From: Gemmatimonadota bacterium
GTDB taxonomy: Bacteria; Gemmatimonadota; Gemmatimonadetes; Gemmatimonadales; GWC2-71-9
DNA length: 64,000 nt
Reading direction: 5' to 3'
Assembly: GCA_009692115.1 (NCBI GenBank)
Contig: SHZU01000001.1
Coordinates: 68,345 to 132,344, forward strand
Positions 26,430 through 35,565 of the stretch are shown here, piece after piece. The position numbers and the translations under genes were made by a program. The notes beneath the pieces were generated by a model, which saw nothing but the letters and a program-made list of their open reading frames with translations, did not search any database and was not told where the DNA came from. Position 1 is the stretch's first letter. Each line of letters begins with the position of its first letter.

Positions 26430-26517
26430 GCACCCGGACTCATCCTCGAATGGAGGGCGACAAGAAGAAGCCCCGCTCGGCGACGTGGCGCCAAACGGGG
26501 TGAACCACACGAACCAG

Positions 26518-26561
26518 TGGGCCTGGGAAGAGTTGAACTTCCGACCTCACGCTTATCAGGC
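26518..26561 (-). repeat. Direct repeat 1: copy of the 3' 42-44 nt of tRNA-Ile (outermost att-like site)
   Basis: tgggcctgggaagagttgaacttccgacctcacgcttatcag is identical to 30351-30392 and 35136-35177. Confidence 0.9.
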
Positions 26562-26889
26562 CACCACGGCATCGCCTACTTGCGCCTGTGAGCGTGCACC
26601 AGCAACAACTTGAGGAATCAGGCCGCCTGCCAGCGTTTGCCTGCGCCTGTCAGTTTGAAGCAGAATCTGTGACAGCTATACGGACATACCCGCGCCCACC
26701 CGCTTGACCCCCCAGCCCCCCGGACACCGAGCCCGTAGGCCGTGATTCGCGTGCGGTACCACTTTCAGGATGGGTCCCCCGGGGTCGCCCCGCCGCGTCA
26801 TTGCGGGTAAGTTCAGCGGCGCTGCTTCCGTCCACCCGAAGGCCACCCGACCGTGGCGAACCTACCGGCCACCAGGACTCCCGACTGCT

Positions 26890-29800
26890 ATGACCTTCCT
26901 GCTTCCTTTCCTGACTGCCGCTTCACTGCTCTCGCGTACCGCGCCCTCCCCCACCCCCGGAGTAGCCCCGGCAACCGGCCTCGACAGCGCCTTCCGGCAG
27001 GTGAAATGGCGCTCCATCGGCCCGTTCCGCGGCGGACGTTCCGTGGCGGGCACGGGCGTCGTGGGTGACCCGAAGACCTATTACATGGGGACCACCGGCG
27101 GCGGCGTCTGGAAGACCGAGAACATGGGGATCACCTGGCGCAACATCTCGGACGGCTACTTCAAGACCGGCTCGGTGGGCGCCATCGCCGTCGCTGAATC
27201 CGATCCCAACGTGGTGTACGTCGGGATGGGCGAGCACGCCATCCGCGGGGTCATGACCAGCTCAGGCGACGGGGTCTATCGCTCCACCGATGCGGGGCGG
27301 ACCTGGAAGAAGATCGGCCTCGACTCGACGCGGCACATCTCCCGCATCGTGGTGGATCCCCGAAATCCCGACGTGGTGTTCGTCGCGGCCCAGGGCGCGC
27401 TCTACGGGCCCTCGAAGCAGCGCGGGGTCTACAAGTCGACGGACGGCGGCGCCACCTGGAAGAACACCCTCTACGTAGACGAGAAGACCGGTGCCGCCGA
27501 GTTGTCCATGGATGCGAAGAACCCGCGAAACCTCTATGCCGCGATGTGGGAGCACGGCCGGCTCCCGTGGCAGGTCATCAGCGGCGGCCCGGGAAGCGGC
27601 CTCTATCGGTCCACCGATGGCGGGGAAACCTGGGAGAAGATGACCAAGGGACTCCCCGACAAGATGGGGAAGATGGCGATCGCGGTGAGCCGGTCGAACC
27701 CGGACAAGGTCTATGCTCTGATCGAAAGCGACTCCTACGGCACCGCCCGGGGACTCTATGTGTCCGCCGACGCCGGCCGGAGTTGGTCGCAGGTGACCAA
27801 TGAACCTCGCCTGCTCCAGCGGGCCTGGTACTACATCGAGCTCTTCATCGACCCGAAGAACGAGAACCGGGTCTACGTGCTGAGCGCGCCGGCGCTCCGC
27901 TCGAATGACGGGGGAAAGACGTGGGAGGACGTTCCGGTCCAGCACGGCGACACCCACAACATGTGGATCAATCCGGACAATCCCGACAACTTCATCCTCT
28001 CGGACGACGGCGGCGCCGCGATCACGTTCGACCTGGGGAAGAGCTGGAGCACGCTCCGGAACCAGCCCACCGGGCAGTTCTACCGGATCAACGTGGACAA
28101 CCAGTTCCCCTACCGGGTCTACGCGGCGCAACAGGACAACTCGTCGGTCGTCATCGCCAGCCGCGAACTCGGCAGTGGCGGGGTCACCGAGAATAGCTGG
28201 ACCGGATCGGCGGGCGGCGAGAGCGCGTTCCTCGCCTTCGACCCGGACAACCCGCGGTACGTGTTGGGCGGCAGCTACGCGGGGACCATCGACGTGCTGG
28301 ACACGAAGGCCCGGGCGGGCACCAGCATCATGGCGGCACCGATCCAATACCAGAGCATGGACGCGAAGGACATGAAGTACCGGTACGCCTGGAACGCGCC
28401 GATCATCTGGAGCCCACCCGCCACGTTTTATCACGGGGCCCAGACCCTGCTCAAGACGACCGACTTGGGCAAGACATGGAAAGAGATTTCCCCCGACCTC
28501 ACCCGGAACGAGAAAGCCAAGCAGGGCACCGCCGGCGTTCCGTACACCAACGAGGGCGTGGGCGCGGAGAACTACGGGACCCTCGCCTACGTGGTGGAAT
28601 CGCCCCGCGAGCGGGGGGTGATCTGGACGGGGAGCGACGATGGCCTAGTGCACCTGACGCGCGACGGCGGCGCGACCTGGAAGAACGTGACGCCCAAGGG
28701 CCTGGCGGAGTGCCTCATCAATGCCATCGAGCTCTCACCCTTCGACAAGGCGACGGCCTACCTCGCGACCACCCGTTACAAGTTCAACGATCACACCCCG
28801 GGCCTCTACAAGACCACGGACTACGGGGAAACCTGGACGCGGATCGACGCCGGCATTCCGCGGATGGCGTTCACCCGCGTCGTGCGCGAGGACGACGGGC
28901 GGCGGGACCTGCTCTTCGCGGGCACCGAGCTCGGCCTCTTCATCTCCTGGAATGGCGGGAAGGATTGGTCGCCATTCCAGCTTAACCTGCCGGTCACGCC
29001 GATCACCGACCTCCGCATCCACCGGGGCAACCTGATCGCGTCCACCTCGGGCCGCGGACTGTGGATCCTGGATGACCTCGCCCTGATCCGGCAGTACCGC
29101 GAGGACGCCCCCGACTACACGATCTATCGCCCGGCGGATGCGTACCTGGTCAACGGCGGCAGCGAGCTCGACCGGACCACCGCCGAATTCACCGGCGCGG
29201 ACCCAACCCGCGGAGTAAACCCGGCCGGGGGCATCGTCTTGTATTACCAGCTGCCCAAGCTCGAAAAGACCGACAGCGTGATCCTCGAGGTGACGGACTC
29301 CGCGGGGACCCTGGTCCGGCGGGTCTCGTCGAAGCAAGACAGCACCTCCAAGGCCTCTGACGGCGACCTCCCGACCGACCCGGTGCTCCCGGCCGCTCCC
29401 GGCATCAACCGGTTCGTCTGGGATCTGCGGTATCCGACCATGCCCGCGGTTCCCGGCACGCACCTCGAGGCCAGCTACCAGGGACACAAGGCGTCACCCG
29501 GGTTGTACCGGTTCGCGCTCAAGCTGGGGATCCGGACGGCCGCGACCGAGGCGGCGATCCTTCCGAATCCGCTGTATCCCACCGATGCGGCCACCTACGC
29601 CGAGTACCACGGGTTCATGCGGGACATGGAGCGCGAACTGACGTTGATGCACCAGACGGTCAACCGGCTGCATGCGGTATGGGAACGCTTGGCCGTGGTC
29701 CTCGCGGCTCTTCCGGCAGGAGACCAAGCCGCCGCCGGCAAACGAGACGGGGAGGCGCTCCTCGCCAAGCTCAAGGCGTGGGATGAGGACATGATCCAGC

Positions 29801-30048
29801 GGCGGGCCAAGGTGTATGACGACGTGGAGAACTTTCCGCAGAAGTTCACCGCGCACTACATCTTCCTCATCAACCAGACCGAGAGCGACCTGCCCCGGGT
29901 CAATCAGCCATCGCGAGACCGCCGAGAAGAGCTTGACCGGCAATGGGCGGCCCTCAAGGCGCGGTCCGATGCCATGACCAACGAGGACATCCCCGCGCTC
30001 AACCGCAAGCTGTGGGAGGCCGGCATCGGGGCGATCGGGAAGCCGTGA
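26890..30048 (+). CDS. Sortilin/VPS10-type BNR (Asp-box) repeat protein, exported
   Basis: ATG at 26890 ([14 protein letters not shown]). At least 9 Asp-boxes: [71 protein letters not shown]. Confidence 0.8.
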   Translation: MTFLLPFLTAASLLSRTAPSPTPGVAPATGLDSAFRQVKWRSIGPFRGGRSVAGTGVVGDPKTYYMGTTGGGVWKTENMGITWRNISDGYFKTGSVGAIAVAESDPNVVYVGMGEHAIRGVMTSSGDGVYRSTDAGRTWKKIGLDSTRHISRIVVDPRNPDVVFVAAQGALYGPSKQRGVYKSTDGGATWKNTLYVDEKTGAAELSMDAKNPRNLYAAMWEHGRLPWQVISGGPGSGLYRSTDGGETWEKMTKGLPDKMGKMAIAVSRSNPDKVYALIESDSYGTARGLYVSADAGRSWSQVTNEPRLLQRAWYYIELFIDPKNENRVYVLSAPALRSNDGGKTWEDVPVQHGDTHNMWINPDNPDNFILSDDGGAAITFDLGKSWSTLRNQPTGQFYRINVDNQFPYRVYAAQQDNSSVVIASRELGSGGVTENSWTGSAGGESAFLAFDPDNPRYVLGGSYAGTIDVLDTKARAGTSIMAAPIQYQSMDAKDMKYRYAWNAPIIWSPPATFYHGAQTLLKTTDLGKTWKEISPDLTRNEKAKQGTAGVPYTNEGVGAENYGTLAYVVESPRERGVIWTGSDDGLVHLTRDGGATWKNVTPKGLAECLINAIELSPFDKATAYLATTRYKFNDHTPGLYKTTDYGETWTRIDAGIPRMAFTRVVREDDGRRDLLFAGTELGLFISWNGGKDWSPFQLNLPVTPITDLRIHRGNLIASTSGRGLWILDDLALIRQYREDAPDYTIYRPADAYLVNGGSELDRTTAEFTGADPTRGVNPAGGIVLYYQLPKLEKTDSVILEVTDSAGTLVRRVSSKQDSTSKASDGDLPTDPVLPAAPGINRFVWDLRYPTMPAVPGTHLEASYQGHKASPGLYRFALKLGIRTAATEAAILPNPLYPTDAATYAEYHGFMRDMERELTLMHQTVNRLHAVWERLAVVLAALPAGDQAAAGKRDGEALLAKLKAWDEDMIQRRAKVYDDVENFPQKFTAHYIFLINQTESDLPRVNQPSRDRREELDRQWAALKARSDAMTNEDIPALNRKLWEAGIGAIGKP

Positions 30049-30306
30049 CCGACGCCCCGCCAGCCTTCAACCAGCCCGAGAGTGTTTCGACGGGCTCTTG
30101 AGCTAGAGACCCGACTCTCGCCGTGGCAGGGGAGCCAGCGGCCGATTCAGGTTCGCGCCTGGATGGACCTGGGCCGGCGCCCGCCGCGTCTTGCCGGGAC
30201 GGTTCGCCGGGCGATACGGTTTCAAGGCAGCACAAACTGAACTTGGGTGGCGATCACACAGTTTGCTTATGCGGACGGCCTCACGCCTCACCTGACACAA
30301 CGAACA

Positions 30307-30336
30307 AGCCCCGCCGGCGTAACCGCTGACGGGGCT
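30307..30336 (+). terminator. Hairpin followed by a T-rich tract, just before repeat 2
   Basis: Stem agccccg / cggggct (7 bp) followed by ttcagtttcgg. Analogous GCCCC...GGGGC hairpins precede the other two tRNA-derived copies (26471-26500, 35091-35120). Confidence 0.35.
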
Positions 30337-30350
30337 TTCAGTTTCGGAAA

Positions 30351-30392
30351 TGGGCCTGGGAAGAGTTGAACTTCCGACCTCACGCTTATCAG
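30351..30392 (-). repeat. Direct repeat 2: copy of the 3' 42 nt of tRNA-Ile
   Basis: Perfect 42/42 identity with 26518-26559 and 35136-35177. Confidence 0.9.
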
Positions 30393-30635
30393 TATTGCCA
30401 CTAAGACACTACTAATCCGACGAAAGGCCGATGTTTCCTACGAAATCCCGCCATTCTGCCGGGAAGCTGTTCTCCAATTGTGACCCATTGTCGCACACCA
30501 ATGGACACCTAACGGACACCTTGGCCCCCCGCGCACCTCGTTCCCGGGGTCATTCTGCAGCCCTCGGGTTTCTTCGCCCTGCTCGAGGCCCAGCGGGCCG
30601 GCGCCCATCTTTTCGCCGCCGGTGAGTAGGCCGGC

Positions 30636-31832
30636 GTGGACGTCATCAAGGCCTCGATCCCGTTCTTCTTTGCCCTGATCGGGCTGGAACTGCTGATCGC
30701 GCGAGTGCGCCATCGGCCGCTGTACCGCCTCAACGATTCGATCAGCGATCTCTCCTGCGGCATTCTCAGCCAACTCGCCGGCATTTTCATTTCACTGGGA
30801 ACGATCTTCGGGTTCGGATGGGTGTCCACCCATTGGTCACTGCAGCGGGTCCTCGACCTGCCGGGGTGGATCGACCGATCGCCGTTCGCGGGGGGCGGCC
30901 TGGACCTGGCGGCGCTGGCAAGCTGGTCGCTGGTGTTCGTCCTCGACGACTTTGCCTACTACTGGATGCATCGCGTTTCGCATGTGAGTCACCTGCTCTG
31001 GGCCGGCCACGTGGTGCACCACTCCAGCGAAGAGTTCAACCTCACCGTGGCGCTCCGGCAGAGCAGCCTGCACGGGTTCATGAGCTGGGTCTTCTACCTG
31101 CCGCTCGCGGTTCTGGGCGTTCCGGTCACAATGTGGGTGGTGTGTCACGCGCTGAGCCTGGTGTACCAATTCTGGATTCACACCCGGGCGATCCGGACCA
31201 TGGGACCGATCGAGGTGGTGATGAACACTCCCTCCCACCACCGGGTGCACCATGGTGTGAACCCCGAGTATCAGGACAAGAACTACGCCGGGACCTTTAT
31301 CGTGTGGGACCGGCTGTTCGGGACCTTCGAGCCGGAGCGGACCGAGCCGGTCTACGGCCTGACTAAACCTCTGGCGAGCTGGAATCCCCTCTGGGCCAAC
31401 CTGCATGTGTTCCGGGATATCTGGCGGAGCTTCTCGGCGGCACGGGAATTCGTGAAGTACGAGCCGCCGGTTCCCCCTCCGCTCAAGACCTATGCCCTGG
31501 TGCAATTCGTGGGGGTGCTGGCCGGCTCTCTGTTGCTGCTCGATGCCGTGGGGCGGCTTCCATTGGCGCACATGCTGGCAGGGGTCTTCTACGTGGCGCT
31601 CTCTCTGGGCAACATCGGCGGCATTCTCGAGGGCCGCACCTGGGCGGGTCAGAGCGAAGTGGCGCGAATGATCGTGGCCGCTGTCGTGGCGATTGGTCTG
31701 GCAATGGCCGGAGCGCTGCCCATCGGGGCGGCTGGGATGCTGGCACTGGCCGCCGCGGGCTCGGCGTACTGGATGGTGCGGTTGCGGGTGTTGCTTACAT
31801 CCAGCGATGTGCGGGCGGTGGTGGTGATGTAG
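30636..31832 (+). CDS. Fatty-acid hydroxylase / sterol-desaturase-family membrane di-iron enzyme with an extra C-terminal TM domain
   Basis: His boxes HRVSH, HVVHH and HHRVHH. GTG start at 30636. Hydrophobic C-terminal region of about 120 aa. Confidence 0.75.
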   Translation: MDVIKASIPFFFALIGLELLIARVRHRPLYRLNDSISDLSCGILSQLAGIFISLGTIFGFGWVSTHWSLQRVLDLPGWIDRSPFAGGGLDLAALASWSLVFVLDDFAYYWMHRVSHVSHLLWAGHVVHHSSEEFNLTVALRQSSLHGFMSWVFYLPLAVLGVPVTMWVVCHALSLVYQFWIHTRAIRTMGPIEVVMNTPSHHRVHHGVNPEYQDKNYAGTFIVWDRLFGTFEPERTEPVYGLTKPLASWNPLWANLHVFRDIWRSFSAAREFVKYEPPVPPPLKTYALVQFVGVLAGSLLLLDAVGRLPLAHMLAGVFYVALSLGNIGGILEGRTWAGQSEVARMIVAAVVAIGLAMAGALPIGAAGMLALAAAGSAYWMVRLRVLLTSSDVRAVVVM

Positions 31833-31834
31833 CT

Positions 31835-31883
31835 GGTAACTGGTTCCTGGTCACTAGTAACTAGTGACTAGCAACCAGCAACC
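31835..31883. terminator. Long imperfect palindrome between convergent genes
   Basis: ggtaactggttcctggtcactag-taa-ctagtgactagcaaccagcaacc. The arms are 23 nt with 19/23 complementary and fill the whole 52-nt gap. Confidence 0.45.
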
Positions 31884-31884
31884 C

Positions 31885-34287
31885 TCACTTCGGCACCACA
31901 AACAGCGTCGCCTGCGTCCTCCCGCTCTGCGTCACCGCCTTCAAGTACAGCAGCCCCGTCCCGACGTCATAGAAGTACTTGTTTCCCGTGCTGGCGTCCA
32001 GTTGCGCCAGCGTGGCCGCCGCGACAAGCGGCGCACCGTTGTTGGAATCCCGGATCACGGTGAAGGGGATGTTGGGATAGGGCGCGATGATCCGCATCCA
32101 GTCGCCCGGGAGGCTCCGCCGCATGGAGAACTGGGGCCGGTCGGGCACCGCGCCGGTGTACTGCACCCGATAGCTCCGGGAGGTCACCACGCTGGCAGAG
32201 ACGGTCTGGGGCTGGTCCGGTACGCCCACATAGGCGGACGCCACGGCATCATCCCGGGTTATGGTGAGCGGAGCCACCACCTGGGCATTGGCGCCGCGTA
32301 CCTGGAACTGCACGAATGGGGCAGCGCATACCCAGGCGTTCCAGGCGGTCCGCACGGTGCACGCCGAGGTGATCATCAACGGATTGTTGGCCACCACGTA
32401 TTGCCCGCTCACGCCCGTCAGGCTGCCGTCGCCGTCGAGGATGATCGCGGCCTTGTCGCCATCCTTGTCCACCGCAGGGTTGTCGAGGAAGACGCTGTTC
32501 GCATTGATGAACGTCAACTCCTTGCCGTAGTTGCCCGGATCCACCGGGAAGCCGTTGGTCCGGTTGAAGCCCAACGCGCTCATCATCCGGCTGCCGCTGG
32601 TTACGTAGTTCACGAAGGTCACCCGCTCAGCGCCGACCCGCCCGTCGTAGAACTCGTAGCCCCGGACCGGAAACCCGTTCCGGAGTTGGGTGCCGCCGCT
32701 GTTGGCGCTCTGCCCCACGAACACCGCGTCCATGACGAAGGTCTCGCTCGAGGCGAAGGTCGCCCCTATGGCATTGTCGGCCAGCATGGCATTGACCAGG
32801 CGGAGTTCGGTGCCCCGGAGCCACACCCCGCGCCCGTTGTTGTGCTTGTAGGCGGTGAAATGCTGGAAGTAGGCGGTCACCGAAGGAGAACTGCTTCCGG
32901 GAATCTGCTTTGGAGCATAGTGGGCCGTACTGGTGGTCCCGTCGGGGTTGGGGCCGTCATCCACATTGAGCCCCGTGTTGGCGTTGGAGTGCGCCACGTT
33001 GTCGACGAATTCGCGGAGCGGTGTTTCCCGGGGCCGCTGGGTCGAACCGGTAGACAAACCAGTGGGCGACACTGGAAGGGCAAACCAGAACCCGAACCCC
33101 TTGGAACCCGCCGCCACGTTGCGCCGCCAGGTGTTGTCGGGGTTGGTGATCCAGAAGGTGGCCGGATTCACGTCCGACGGCAGCAGCTCCTGCCCCGCCG
33201 GGGCCTTCTTGGTGAGTACCCCGAGGTTGTCTTCGAACAGATTGCCGGTTTCCGCCCCGTCCTCCAGGAAGTAGGCGTGTCCCAGGTTGTCGTAACAGAC
33301 ATTGCCCTGGACCGCTGCATTGTTGGAGCCGTGCACCGTCACGCAGCGGTTGAAGGTCTTCCAGATGCTGTTCTTCCGGAAATATTGCCCGTCCACCGCG
33401 CCCATCATGTGCCAGTGCATCGGGTACCGGGCCAGCACCTTCTTCTGGCCCATCCTGGTGATCTCCACGCCCTCGATGTGGGCCGAGCCTCCCCGGGAAA
33501 CGATCAGGTGGCCACCGAACTGGCTGGTCAGCGATGCTTCGTCACCCTGCACGACCACGTTCCGGGTCAGGAGCCCCACTTCGGCTCGCTCGTCGAGCGG
33601 CTTCCCGGCAAAGGTCTCGGTCACCCCCCAGTGGCTGAACCGAAGCCCGGACTGCAGCGTGACCATGTTTCCCGAAACCGAATAGACCAATACCTCTTCC
33701 GCCTGGTCAGGGCTCAGGTCGGTGGAGGAAAGCACGATTCGATCTCCGGGGCGCCAGTCCACCGCCCGCTCCATCTGGAGCTGGGTGCTCCCGGCGGGAG
33801 CAGTGGCCCCAAGGCGAGCCCAACTCACCCGGGGCAGCCCGTGCAACTCGAGGGCGCCACCCAGCACGCCGAGAATCTTGGCGCCGAACCCTTCGATGTC
33901 GTCGGTGGAGGGTCCGGTCAGAGTGATGACCGCGCGTTGGGCGAACGGCTCTGCCTCGGTGCCGACCTCGAAGCGCCCGTGCACCACGATCCAGTTGGCG
34001 GTGAGATTGAGGTCTTTGCGATCGAAGCGAAGGGTCCCGTCAACCGTCAGGCCGCCCAGTTGAGGCGTGCTCACGTCGAGCAGCACCGCCTTGCCCGCCG
34101 GTACCACCACCACAGCCCCGAGACCGGGAACCACGCCACCCGGCCAGGTGGCTGCGTCGGACCAGCGAAGGTAGGCCGGCGGAGGCGGGGGCGGCGGGGC
34201 CGGGTCGGTCGGCTCGGTGGTGCAGCCAGCCAGGAACCCAAGCAGCGAAATGGCTGCGACGGCGCAGGGTGCAAGGACACGACGCAT
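31885..34287 (-). CDS. G8-domain / parallel beta-helix lipoprotein (CEMIP/TMEM2-like)
   Basis: ATG at 34287 gives MRRVLAPCAVAAISLLGFLAGC (lipobox), then a poly-Pro linker. G8-like region WSDAATWPGGVVPGLGAVVVVPAGKAVLLDVSTPQLGGLTVDGTLRF. ARYPMHWH motif and PbH1-like repeats. Confidence 0.7.
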   Translation of the reverse strand: MRRVLAPCAVAAISLLGFLAGCTTEPTDPAPPPPPPPAYLRWSDAATWPGGVVPGLGAVVVVPAGKAVLLDVSTPQLGGLTVDGTLRFDRKDLNLTANWIVVHGRFEVGTEAEPFAQRAVITLTGPSTDDIEGFGAKILGVLGGALELHGLPRVSWARLGATAPAGSTQLQMERAVDWRPGDRIVLSSTDLSPDQAEEVLVYSVSGNMVTLQSGLRFSHWGVTETFAGKPLDERAEVGLLTRNVVVQGDEASLTSQFGGHLIVSRGGSAHIEGVEITRMGQKKVLARYPMHWHMMGAVDGQYFRKNSIWKTFNRCVTVHGSNNAAVQGNVCYDNLGHAYFLEDGAETGNLFEDNLGVLTKKAPAGQELLPSDVNPATFWITNPDNTWRRNVAAGSKGFGFWFALPVSPTGLSTGSTQRPRETPLREFVDNVAHSNANTGLNVDDGPNPDGTTSTAHYAPKQIPGSSSPSVTAYFQHFTAYKHNNGRGVWLRGTELRLVNAMLADNAIGATFASSETFVMDAVFVGQSANSGGTQLRNGFPVRGYEFYDGRVGAERVTFVNYVTSGSRMMSALGFNRTNGFPVDPGNYGKELTFINANSVFLDNPAVDKDGDKAAIILDGDGSLTGVSGQYVVANNPLMITSACTVRTAWNAWVCAAPFVQFQVRGANAQVVAPLTITRDDAVASAYVGVPDQPQTVSASVVTSRSYRVQYTGAVPDRPQFSMRRSLPGDWMRIIAPYPNIPFTVIRDSNNGAPLVAAATLAQLDASTGNKYFYDVGTGLLYLKAVTQSGRTQATLFVVPK

Positions 34288-34570
34288 GACGGCCTCGGCG
34301 GGAAAACCCGCGGAACTGATGGTATGCCAGGAGTATAGGCGAATCGTGCAAATCCCGGAAGCTGAGAGAGGGCATATTCCATGCCCCGGCCGAGTGCTGT
34401 GCTTTGCATCACAAGCGGGCGCCGGCGCCGCTCGGTTGTGGGAAACCGGGCCGTCGTGGTGGGCTTGTGCTGGACGGGTGAGTGGAATTTCCACCAGCCC
34501 GGCAGGTCACGATCTCGGAGAGACGCGATGCGCGGGGTACTCGGAAGCCGGTTTGCAGTGACGGTCCTGA

Positions 34571-35038
34571 TGGTGCCATCGGATCGGCGCTATCCTCAGC
34601 CTACAGTGGAAGGATGTTGATTTCATTCAAGGCCGACTGACTTGGAGACAGGAAGCTGACAAAATCAATCACGAACACACCACGCCGCTGACAGAAGCAG
34701 CAAGTGCCATTCTGAAAGAAGCACGACAAGTCACCCAAGGCATCGGCAAGTCGCCAGTGATCCCAGCGCCACGAGATTCAGCCAAAGCGGTATCGCGTCA
34801 CCTTGCAAGAGATTGGATGCAACGGGCGCAGATGGCAGCGGGTTTCACACCCGAATCGGGGCGCGGGTGGCATGCTTTTCGTCGTAAGTTTGCCTCAGAA
34901 CTTTGCGATGCAGGGCTTAGAGTCATCTGTGATCTTGGTGGCTGGAAAGAACCGATGACCGTAGTAAAGTGCTATCAGCATACGACGGAGGAGGAGATGC
35001 GCGTGGGTCAATCCAAGCGCAAGCTCCTGAAAGGTTAA
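34571..35038 (+). pseudogene. Tyrosine recombinase (phage-type integrase), catalytic-domain remnant only
   Basis: The frame is open from 34571 with no start codon until GTG at 34757. It reads RIGAILSLQWKDVDF...TPLTEAASAILKEA...GWHAFRRKFASEL (HxxR)...LGGWKEP...VKCYQH (catalytic Tyr). A stop lies at 34568 and the N-terminal SAM-like domain is missing. Confidence 0.7.
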
Positions 35039-35135
35039 GGGACGGACACCCTAACGGACACCAAGCACAATGGAATCTGGAAAATCAAACGCCCCACCGC
35101 TAGACAAACAACGACGGGGCAATGATTTATCGGAA

Positions 35136-35210
<75 letters not shown>

Positions 35211-35233
35211 AGAGTACCTATAGGGAGCCGGTT

Positions 35234-35262
35234 ACAATAGCCGCCCCCACCACCTCACGCAA
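35234..35262 (-). promoter_or_regulatory. Candidate sigma70-type promoter for tRNA-Ile
   Basis: The minus strand reads TTGCGT (35262-35257), a 17-nt spacer, then TATTGT (35239-35234), about 25 nt upstream of the tRNA 5' end. Confidence 0.35.
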
Positions 35263-35305
35263 CCCTAGACCCCATCACGGTTTACACCGTAGCAGAGGGA
35301 CCGGA

Positions 35306-35524
35306 CTACCGCTCGTCGTCGTCCTCGGTGAACTCGAAGCCCCCTTCGAGGTCTTCGTCCAACTCGTCGTCGGGTCCGTCTTCTTCATCCGCTTCGCCGT
35401 CGTCGAGATCTTCATCGTCTTCGTTGTCGTCGAATCCCAAGGGATTGCCGTCCGTATCCTCTTCGTCTTCATCAAAACGACGGCGCATCTCGACTTCTCC
35501 GTACAACGCCACCAGGGCCGACAT
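35306..35524 (-). CDS. Extremely acidic 72-aa protein, unknown function
   Basis: SD AGGTGGAG sits 6 nt before the ATG at 35524. MSALVALYGEVEMRRRF is followed by a 55-aa tail with 34 Asp/Glu residues. Codon third positions are GC-biased. Confidence 0.55.
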   Translation of the reverse strand: MSALVALYGEVEMRRRFDEDEEDTDGNPLGFDDNEDDEDLDDGEADEEDGPDDELDEDLEGGFEFTEDDDER

Positions 35525-35565
35525 GGGTTTCTCCACCTTCCTATGAATGAGGGTGACAGTTCACG

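Larger units (their letters stand above)
26518..30392. mobile_element. Mini-island B (older, integrase-less remnant) between tRNA-fragment repeats 1 and 2
   Basis: About 3.8 kb bounded by identical 42-nt tRNA-Ile 3' fragments in direct orientation. The only intact gene is the BNR/sortilin-like protein. Confidence 0.5.

Noticed and set aside
26518-26561. The tRNA-like segments at 26518 and 30351 considered as additional tRNA genes
   Set aside because: They contain only the 3' 42-44 nt. The acceptor 5' strand, the D-arm and the 5' half of the anticodon stem are missing, so no cloverleaf can form.
30123-30329. Possible decayed integrase of island B (NLGGDHTV.. and FAGRYGFKAAQTEL in alternative frames)
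   Set aside because: The resemblance to the LGH and HxxR boxes is weak and needs at least two frame changes. It cannot be supported without a profile search.
31864-34338. 824-aa ORF antisense to the G8 beta-helix gene
   Set aside because: The composition is extremely R/G/H/P-rich with no recognisable domain. The opposite frame encodes a coherent lipoprotein with G8/PbH1 features.
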